The notes beneath the pieces are model-generated. The model did no database searches, had not been told where the DNA came from, and saw only the letters and a program-made list of their open reading frames with translations. This document shows, piece by piece, positions 54,682-64,000 of a stretch of DNA of 64,000 nucleotides. This stretch comes from Octopus bimaculoides (taxonomy: Eukaryota): the NCBI RefSeq assembly GCF_001194135.2, contig NC_068990.1:56586367-56650366 (forward strand), in the 5' to 3' direction. The translations under genes and the position numbers were made by a program. The first letter of the stretch is position 1; every line of letters starts with the position of its first letter.

Positions 54682-55764
54682 CTGTGGCTCTCAACCATTT
54701 ATTCCCTAAGGACTCCCTCGATTTCTGTTTCACGTTGGATGGACCCTCATAACTATTTAATGTTTGAAAAATCATATATTTGTTTAATTACGTATTATTA
54801 GAAATTTCATTTGCATATTTCATTATGGAACCATAATACACTTAGTAGCATATATGTCTTTAATATAATACCAAGAATATTATGGTTGCTTAAAAAATAC
54901 GGTGTCCCTGCCAGCAATTAAAAACACTGTTTAAATGAAGGACACATAAGATGATATACTACTGGGTCGACTATGCCTGAAAATGTGATTGGAATGTCAT
55001 AGCTAGATTATCTGATGTGATTGCTTGATCACGGCTAATCTACAGCTAAACACCAACCACCTAATAATTTGATGTAGACTCTACATCAATACTTCTCAAT
55101 TAATTTTTTCCTGTGGATCTCTTTCATTCCTGTTTCACATGGATCGATCCTCATAACCACTTGATGTTTAAAAATCATATTATATTTTTATATCCTTAAA
55201 TGATATTAGAAATTGCATTAAAAAAATTGCTAGAGTATTTTGTGTCTTGTAGAAGTATAACCAATTTATTGCATACTCTCTCTCTTTTACTTTTTTACTT
55301 GTTTCAGTCATTTGACTGCGGCCATGCTGGAGCACCGCCTTTAGTCGAGCAAATCGACCCCAGGACTTATTCTTTGTAAGCCTAGTACTTATTCTATCGA
55401 TCTCTTTTTGCCGAACAGCTAAGTTACGGGGACGTAAACACACCACCATCGGTTGTCAAGCAATGTTGGGGGGACAAACACAGACACACAAACATATACA
55501 CACACATACATATATATATATATACATATATACGACGGGCTTCTTTCAGTTTCCGTTTACTAAATCCACTCACAAGGCTTTGGTCGGCTCAAGGCTATAG
55601 TAGAAGACACTTGCCCAAGGTGCCACACAGTGGGACTGAACCCGGAACCATGTGGTTGGTGAGCAAGCTACTTACCACACAGCCACTCCTGCACATATAA
55701 ATTTTAATGACAGAATCTTATATAGATCCCTAAGAGTCATATGGACCCTAGTTGAGAAACACTC
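54682..55764. mobile_element. hAT (Charlie-like) non-autonomous element with a nested SINE
   Basis: TIRs ctgtggctctcaac / gttgagaaacactc; exact 8-bp TSD ATTTAACT at 54674-54681 and 55765-55772. Confidence 0.88.
55283..55692 (-). mobile_element. SINE family A, full length, young-looking
   Basis: Near-identical to 23080-23496; inserted inside the hAT element. Confidence 0.93.
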
Positions 55765-55819
55765 ATTTAACTATTAGAGTTAATTACTTTAGCCATTAAC
55801 TTTTAACTAGTGAACTAAA

Positions 55820-56195
55820 CGCTGCATTTCAACTGGTAATAAATTTCCAACCAAAAATGAAATATAGGTCTCATTTCAACTGGTTGTATACCCAAATGAA
55901 ATGTGAAATGTTGGCTCCATTTGTTCTGGGAATAGATCCAGATCAAATGTAGAAATTAGACTCCATTTCAGCTGGCAGTAGGCTCAGGTCACATGTGAAA
56001 TGTGAACTCCATTTCACTTGGCAATATACCCTGATCAAATGTGAAATGTGGGCTCTGTTTCACCTGACAATATACCCAGGTCAAATATGAAATGTATGTT
56101 CCATTTCAACTAGTAACAGAGTTAATTTAAATGTAAAATGTATACCTTATTTTACCTGGCAATAAATGCCAAGTCAAATGTGCTGTTTCTATTTG
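55820..56195. repeat. Degenerate 46-bp minisatellite, about 8 units
   Basis: A catttca-like motif at 55825, 55872, 55918, 55964, 56010, 56056, 56102 and 56148. Confidence 0.88.
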
Positions 56196-56491
56196 AAACT
56201 GCACATAAAATATTTTAATAACCAACACTAACTACAGGATATATGCATGCGTTACAAGTATGTACATGTAATATATGTTCTTCTTTTATTCTTTTATTCT
56301 TTTACTTGTTTCAGTCATTTTACAGCAGCCATGCTGGAGCACCACCTCTAGTCGAACGAATCAACCCCAGGACTTATTATTTGTAAGCCTAGTACTTATT
56401 TTATTGTTCTTTTTTGCTGAACCGCTAAGTTATGGGGATGTAAACACACCAGCATTAGTTGCCAAACATACACACACAAACACACATATAC

Positions 56492-56568
<77 letters not shown>

Positions 56569-57406
56569 GCAAAAGAGTTAGGGGTTGAGGATTCAACCCA
56601 CTAAGGGATAGTATCTAACCTTAATTGTTAATACGGTATGGTATGTCATAAGCATCTGTATATTGTGGTTTTTGTCATTTTAGTTACAAAATAAACAAAT
56701 TAATTCAATGGAATACACTGTCTGCAAGTCGATGGATACTGCATATTCTCGTCCATTTTCTTATTGCTATACGACAGGCTTCTTTCAGTTTCCGCCTATC
56801 AAATCCACTCACAAGGTTTTGGTTGGCCTGAAGATATAGTTTAAAATACTTGCCCAAGGTGCTACAAAATGGGACTGAACCCAGAACCATGTGGTTGGTA
56901 AGCAAGCTACTTACCACACACCCACTCCTGTGCCACTCCTGTGCCACTCCTGCATGATGTATCTATAAGGATTATATGAAAATAGTAGTTCAAGCAGCTT
57001 TTACAGGATAGCTTCACCAGTTATTGAAACCATCTTTACCTGGTGAAGTTAGAAAAGAATATCAAAACTGCTTATTTTGTTGAGTTAATAATGAAAATAG
57101 TTAAAATGAATAGATATCTTGCCTGATATAGACTATGAGTAACAAGACACTTGACAATTAATGTGATTATACCATTAAGTATGTACACACACACACATGC
57201 ACAAGCATATATACATATGCATGTATGTGCGCGTGTGTGTATATATATATATATATCTTGATAGATATATGGATATATGTATGCATCATATATATGTGTA
57301 TATATTTGGTTCTCTCTCTCTCGATATATATATATATATATATATAAATACATACATATGTATATATACATGAATAAAAGTATATATGTTTGCATATGTG
57401 TATGTA

Positions 57407-57449
<43 letters not shown>

Positions 57450-59265
57450 TAAAAATATATATGTATGCATATGTATATATATATATAGTTACACACACAT
57501 ACATGCAATACATTTGCATGCACACACGCACACACACACACACATATGTACACGTATATAAATACATGTGTGTGTTTGTTTGTGTACATGTGTGTGCATA
57601 CACATGCAAGAAATGAACAAGTGCAAAGTTTCAAGAAAGTGTTTTGTTCTTCAAATCAGATCTCAAAGATATTCCTTATCTTGTCATCATTAATTAGAAA
57701 GCGCCACAAAGCGGATGACATTGATTTATGTGTTAGGAATAGAATATTTGGAAAATATTGAATCAACAAACTTACTCCTGTTCATTCATGTACTTGGGTG
57801 TTGGCTTTGTTGATTCCTTCCAGTCTGCTCTGATTGAGCAAAACTAGAGTCAAAGGCATTCTAACCATGATCATCCAGCAGTGGGCTGGCAAAATTGTTT
57901 GCATCACGGACGAAATGCTCTGCAACATTTCTTCACCTTTACATTAATCATCATTATCATCATTGTTTTACATCTGCTTTCCATGCTGGCATGGGTTGGA
58001 CAGTTTGACATGGAGCCGGTTATCAGGTAGCTGTCCAGACACTGTTGTCTGTTGTGGCGTGATTTCTATGGCTGGATGCCATTCCTAACCCCAATCACTT
58101 AACAGAGTGTGCTGGGTGCTTTTCACATGCCACTGGCACAGGCAGATATATGCAGTGCTGATATGGGTGCGTTAATGCAGCACTGGCAGGGATGCCTTTT
58201 GAGTGGCACTGGCACCTGAAAGGTCAAGCCTACATGTGTGGAAGACAGCGATTTTACTTAGCTTGACAAGTCTTCTAAAGTACAGCAAATCGCCACATCT
58301 CCCGGTCCCTTGTCATTTCCTCAGTGAGGCCCAGCACCCAAAGATCCTTTCTGAGTTCAAATTTCACCGAGGTCAATTTTGCCTTTTATCTTTTTTGGGG
58401 GTTGATGAAATAAGTACCAGTTGAATACTGGTGTCGATTTAATCAGCTAACCAGTCCACCCAAAATCTCAGGCCATCTATCTAGAGTAGAAAAGATTATA
58501 TAGAAAGTATAAGAGAAAATTGAATAGCTCTACATTGGATTGTACTAGCAATATTTTCTTAAATACTAGCTGAATAGCCCATTGTTGCTGGGAAATTTTT
58601 ACAGTAGAATGTCTTATATAAACAAAATATAACAAAATCGGATTTAAAGTGGGAAATTATTTCAATATATCAAATTTGAAAATATTGATGTAATTTTAAG
58701 ATTTCACAATTTGTGACAGCAAAAGTAGAGAGACAGACAGTTATAAGATGTCACGCATTTACACACAAACATTTACAAACACCCACACAGGTAAATACAA
58801 GTTTAAAATGGTGTATAGTAGACATATGTATGTATATATGTATGTATGTATGTATGCATGTATGTATGTATGTACGTATGTATGTATGTATATGTGTGTG
58901 TGTGTGTGTGTGTGAGTGTTAGTGTTTCTTTGCGATGGACAGCAGAAAATCCACCTACCCCTCTCACTTTAAAGCTACGTATTCCTCACACCCACCTTTA
59001 TTCCTCTCCTTGGCATTTTAAAATTTACTTATGTGTATATGTATGTGAGTGTGTATGCATGTAGCTATGTATTTATGAAAGTATGTATGCAGCATAGCAT
59101 GTATATCCCTGAATGACAGGTGTATTAACGTAATCATCCCACTGCCACTCCAAATTTGTCCCTTATATATATATATATATAGTTAACAAATAAACAGGTA
59201 AATGTCTGCAAGTTGATGAATACCACCTATTCCCCTCCATCTTCTTATTGCTATATATATATATA

Positions 59266-60147
59266 CAGGGTGCAGTGAATAAATTGCTGTCTAAATTACG
59301 TAAAAATGAATATAATACTGACATCTCATTTTAACAGATATATTTACCAAAATTACATAGAGATATCTTGGAATACTAAAGAGTAAATTTATCCAATAAA
59401 ATCGCAATTGGCTTCAACCACGGCCTCCAGACGACTTCGAAATCTCCTGCAACTCTTCTGGATGGTCTCACTGTTTAAATTGGCAAATGCTGCCATAATC
59501 CTTGCATTCAGTTCATCTTTGGTGTTGGAAGGAGTTTTGTTGGTTTCTTGCTCAGTTGCATCTCACACATAATAATGAAAGGGGTACAGTCTGGGAAGTT
59601 AGATGACCAGATGTTAGGGGTGATGTGGTTGCAGAAATTGCCTGACAGACATGACTGGTTTCTCCAGCTTGTGTGGCATGGTGCAGAGTCCTGTTGCCAG
59701 TTGTAGGGTCTTCCAACAGCCAATCTGTTGACCCAAGACAGCACTACCTCCCCTAGGCATTTGATGTAGGCCTCCATATTGAGTCTGAGGCCATGTGGGA
59801 TGATGAATGGAGGCATGACGTCCCCATCACTAGAAATCATTCCAAACACCATGTTGTTGACTGGATGTTTGATTTTTATGTATCTGAATCCTCTGCACTG
59901 TCCTCAGAATGACACTGAAACACTGAAATTTAGGAAGAGAGTTATTGGAGCTTCCAGCACAATTGCCAAGCAGTACAGCATATCATTTCCTAATTTCTGG
60001 CAGAGTGAATTGTGTCATGGTGTTGTTTTTCTCACAAACAGTGTCCAACTGACCCTACTATACTGTGTTGCTGACAAAATCAAAGACAAACAATGTGCAT
60101 GTGCGAAATTTAAAATTAAAATGGTAACAATTTACTCATTGCACCCT

Positions 60148-60148
<1 letters not shown>
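59266..60148 (-). mobile_element. Internally deleted DD37D (maT-type) mariner-like transposon
   Basis: TIRs cagggtgcagtgaataaattg / caatttactcattgcaccctg with TA TSDs. Remnant MVFGMISSDGDVMPP...WQQDSAPCH...NFPDCTP; 37 residues from the QQD aspartate to the expected third D, which lies at a frameshifted and mutated codon. Confidence 0.9.
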
Positions 60149-60180
<32 letters not shown>

Positions 60181-60705
60181 TAAAGACCATTAATACTTAT
60201 GAGAGATATTAATGTTAGTAGCCACAAGCTAAAGCCGTATAAGCAAAATTATTAGATATATATAAAAAGGAATTATGTATAACAAAGGTACTTTTTTTTA
60301 AAAGACACCAGCTTTGCTGAACATAGGAGTTAAAACATTTTGAAGCCACAAAAGTTAACATTATATTTACACAGGCATGTTTGGAAAAAAAATGAGTGAA
60401 TTAAGCATTGTTTCATATCCAAACACAGAACTTGATTCTCATGTACAAAGTGATGGAATATCTCTTGCCTTACATGTAGCAAAATTCTTCTTTCGGTGTA
60501 ACTCTACTTTGGGTGTTGGAACTGATATTTGGTCATAGCTACAGCTTGCTGCATTTTTGTTGATCACTATTTCTTATTTCCAATTCATTTGGAGGAAGTG
60601 TTTATTTGTTTTTGTTCAGCAAAGAGTTGTGTATTGTTGAATACATAACTTCATTCTCAAGGTACAATTGAAAGAGACATTCAAGTCACTTCTATACACA
60701 CTTAC

Positions 60706-60725
60706 CCAAATTTTTAAACATGAAC
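60706..60725 (-). CDS. Candidate 20-nt microexon (F-M-F-K-N-L if entered in phase 2)
   Basis: Acceptor ccttgatccactttccag| and donor tgg|gtaagt; phase-compatible with the donor at 63734. No homology support. Confidence 0.25.
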
Positions 60726-60946
60726 CTGGAAAGTGGATCAAGGATTATTCCAAACTAATGTCTGTTGAAGTTTCCTTCTTCCGATTATCAAATAATTTAT
60801 ACCATATGCCATGTTTATACAAGACTATGGTAATTTTTAAGTAACAATGGCCTCATTTTACATAGAAAAATAGACTATATTAGATATTGTGAACAGTTTC
60901 TTCTCCTGTGTAGTTCATATACACAGACACATAAACACACACACAT

Positions 60947-60990
<44 letters not shown>

Positions 60991-62344
60991 ATAAACATAT
61001 ATATATACCTTAAACAAGATGACAGGTGGAAGGTAATCAATGTACATACATTAAACTAAATATGCATATACTATACATCCTCTCCCTAGACATGGAAACA
61101 AGTTTCTAACAGAATTGTGTATTTAAAATAATATATATATCCATCTCACCTTTAACAGCAGGTGATATGGAAAAGAATATGACACACAAACTCTGGTATT
61201 GCCAAAATTTAAAACAAAATGCAGCTGTAACCAAAGGAGACCAGCTGAAAATTCAAGAAATATTAATTACTATCTCACAGAGTGTAAAATCAAACTCCAA
61301 TAATGAAGATGTATGTTATATTATTAGTGAGAGGAGTAAGGCTGCAAGCCGGCAGAATCGTTAGCACACCAGGCAAAAACCTTAGTGGCATTTTGTCCAC
61401 CTTACCATTTCTGAGTTCAAATATCTGCAAAGGAATTTCAACCTTTCAGGGCTGATATAATAAGTACCAGTTGAACACTGGGGTCAATGTAATCGAATTA
61501 TCCCCTCCCTCAAAATTGCTGGCCTTGTACCAAAATTTGAAATCAGTTTTAATGATAGGAGTATTTTGTATATAAACAATACTCTTGTATTGAGGCTTCA
61601 GCCACATTAGAACCATTTCGCACAGGTTTCCAGTTTAGAACCATAGCCTGCTTATATCTTTATAAAAGGCATGACACCTCCAAGAACTAGCAATATTACC
61701 TCTCTTATACCAGCTCACTGCCATCTATATCGCAGCTACCATTTCACCATACTCTTTGTCTTCCATTGAGTGCAGTGACAAGCTATTGATGCAGGTACTA
61801 AACTCTGCTAGTGTCTTCAGTCTACTTACTACTCACCCTGGATGGTTTTGCAGTTTGAAAGCTGAACACATTTCTTAGAAATGAGTAGCATTTATCCATT
61901 CAAATTCATCAAAAGTCAAATTCCGCTTCGTTGTTATGTCATACTTCTTCCACCGAAGCCAATGAAATGGCTTTTTTTTGCTTCTTGTCTTAGAGTAGAT
62001 GCCTTTAGCTCTGACAATGTAATTTTCATGTTTCCATTGAAGAAACATTCTAGTGACAATCTCCTTCCTAGCACATCAGATATGATGCTTTTCCTAATTG
62101 CCTCCTCATTGATAGGTTGAGACTGTTTATCACTGTAGATAATCTACACAGTCATAGGCTTGGGAGCAGGAGGTGCAGGGGTGCAAGTGCTCACCTTAAG
62201 ATTTTAGATGGGGGGGTGCAATGAAATTGGTTTGAACATATTCTTAAAGATCTTCATCAGCAAAATGAACAAGAAACTGTTTTGGACTGATTTGAAACCC
62301 TACTTTTCAATCATTGGATTTAACTGATTTGAATGATGTACAAG

Positions 62345-62406
<62 letters not shown>

Positions 62407-62416
62407 CAACGATAAT

Positions 62417-62800
62417 AAAAGCAACGATACTCTGGGACTATAATTTTCAGACGGATTGTGTAATCGAACACCGTCGACCAGATATGGTCATATTGAATAA
62501 GAGAGACAAATACTGTCAGATCATTGATGTAGCCATACCAAATGAGATGAATGTTGTGAGTAAAGAGGTTGAAGGAATCACCAAGTACTCCGAATTGAAA
62601 GTGGAAGTGGCAAAACTATATGTAACGCGAGAGGGTAAGGCAACTGGAAATCCTATGCAAGACTGATGTCTTGCAAAAAGCAGACTTATTGGGCACAGCG
62701 CACATCTTAAGGAAAGTATTATCTGTCTAATGTCCTTGTTGTGATTTGACAGATGACTAAAGACTCCAGTGCATTTTTACCTACACTGTGTTATGAAGGA
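62417..62800 (+). mobile_element. R4/Dong-clade non-LTR retrotransposon 3' fragment (restriction-like endonuclease)
   Basis: ILWDYNFQTDCVIEHRRPDMVILNK...IIDVAIP...KYSELKVEV, then LQKADLLGTAHILRKVLSV*, a short 3' UTR and (TAA)n on both sides. Confidence 0.88.
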
Positions 62801-62823
62801 ATAACAATAATAATAATAATAAT

Positions 62824-62936
62824 ACAAAAATCAGCATTGCTTGGAAGTGCAAGAATTCTTTGTAGGGTTCTTGAAGCATGACCAGTAAACAAGTATCACC
62901 ATCATACCCAGCGAAATAAGCTGAGAGTTTTCATCA
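62824..62936 (+). mobile_element. Second R4/Dong-type 3' end with a different 3' UTR
   Basis: QKSALLGSARILCRVLEA* followed by a ~55-bp UTR and (TAA)n. Confidence 0.78.
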
Positions 62937-63178
<242 letters not shown>

Positions 63179-63300
63179 CTGTGTTTTGATAATAAGGTTG
63201 AAAAAATTTATCTTGTTTGTAAAATATTTTGGACCTGAGTTTGCACCACCAAAGCAAATTTTATTTCAGCACTTATGAATGCAGCCTATTTAGGCTGATC

Positions 63301-63690
63301 ATACTGATAGCATAAATTTGTGGCCAGTGTAGCTGACCACTTTGAATTGTGGGCAACCTATGCTATCCCTATCTGCTGGCTTACAGAATACTCTGTTTAA
63401 ATAAGATCTTGATGACCCAATCTCATTTGTCCATGTCCAAATTGGTGCTCCAGGAAATCCAGTCAGTGCTTGTCAGCCAGTTGGCAATGACTGAGCAGGT
63501 TTATGAGGATTTCATACATTCCTTCCCAATCAGCCATCTCTCCAAACAATCCAGAAGTACATCCAATATGGTGTTCTTATCACCTACTATCACTAAAGAG
63601 CAGGAAATTCCAAGAAAAATTTCCAGATGTCTGAAGAAATCTTGCTGCTCAAACCTAGGCCTGAAATATTGAGCTGATTCCACTATGATA
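63301..63690 (-). mobile_element. Tx1/L1-type LINE AP-endonuclease fragment, decayed
   Basis: QDFFRHLE...SLVIVGDKNTILD (canonical GDFN)...PIWTWTN...SRSYLNRVF (canonical YLDR)...SYTGHK (canonical SDH), across two frameshifts. Confidence 0.82.
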
Positions 63691-63734
63691 CCGGTAAAAG
63701 GTTGCCTGCTCATGAAGTCACCCTCACCACTTAC

Positions 63735-64000
63735 TTTGGTGTTGTCATTAGTCTTGATGTTGTTCTTGCTGTTGTTATTGTTGTAGCTGCTGTTGCTTTC
63801 GTTGTTGCTGCTGGTGTTGTTTTTGCTTGAGTGATTAGAAACATAGTCTTTCCCGCTGTCAGTACCACTGTTAATATTATTGATGTTGGTATTGTTCTTT
63901 TGTGCAAATGTTCTCTCCTGAAGCCAGTAGTGGTATGAAAAGTTTTTCTTGTTATTTCTTTGCTGGATTTGATAGTGGGCATTAGTGAAATCATAATTAC
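63735..64000 (-). CDS. Candidate Thr-rich (mucin-like) exon running off the window edge
   Basis: Open frame ...KTTPAATTKATAATTITTARTTSRLMTTP ending at a strong donor AAA|GTAAGT (GT at 63734-63733). Part of it is a degenerate AAC/AGC repeat, so it may be non-coding. Confidence 0.35.

Noticed and set aside
55820-56195. CRISPR-like appearance of the 46-bp array
   Set aside because: Eukaryotic context, no cas genes, and the variable parts are homologous to one another rather than unique spacers.
3215-56947. Recurrent ORFs such as ...AIVEDTCPRCHAVGLNPDPCG
   Set aside because: Translations of SINE family A; they recur wherever the SINE does and vary in frame.
56925-56952. Triple ccactcctg(tg) repeat
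   Set aside because: Simple slippage at a SINE 5' end.
57776-57829. 54-nt open minus-strand exon candidate (ADWKESTKPTPKYMNEQ)
   Set aside because: The acceptor lies in what looks like a repeat tail (similar sequence at about 23935-23960), so it is most likely repeat-derived.

Overview
AT-rich, repeat-saturated animal DNA with 10 assembly N-gaps (about 5 kb in total). The repeat families and the density of (TA)n/(CA)n/(ATC)n/(TAA)n microsatellites match what I recall of the octopus genome (inference, not a database match). I cannot support any intact protein-coding gene. Nearly all ORF-track entries are microsatellite, SINE or N-gap artefacts. What the window does contain: more than 40 SINE-like copies from about 4 families; decayed coding fragments of RTE LINE reverse transcriptase (two), a Tx1/L1-type endonuclease, two R4/Dong-type restriction-like-endonuclease 3' ends stacked in a (TAA)n tract, a Helitron PIF1 helicase, a DD36E Tc1 and a DD37D (maT-type) transposase; several MITEs with TIRs and TSDs; four long fold-back hairpins; and two degenerate minisatellites. 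A chain of minus-strand segments with good splice sites, including a Thr-rich segment running off the right edge, suggests the window may be intronic or hold a spliced non-coding transcript, but this is unproven. I found no clearly new biological system. The best leads are the Helitron head-to-tail junction, the stacked TAA-targeting retroelements, and the fold-back hairpins. SINE boundaries are approximate (about 10-20 bp).
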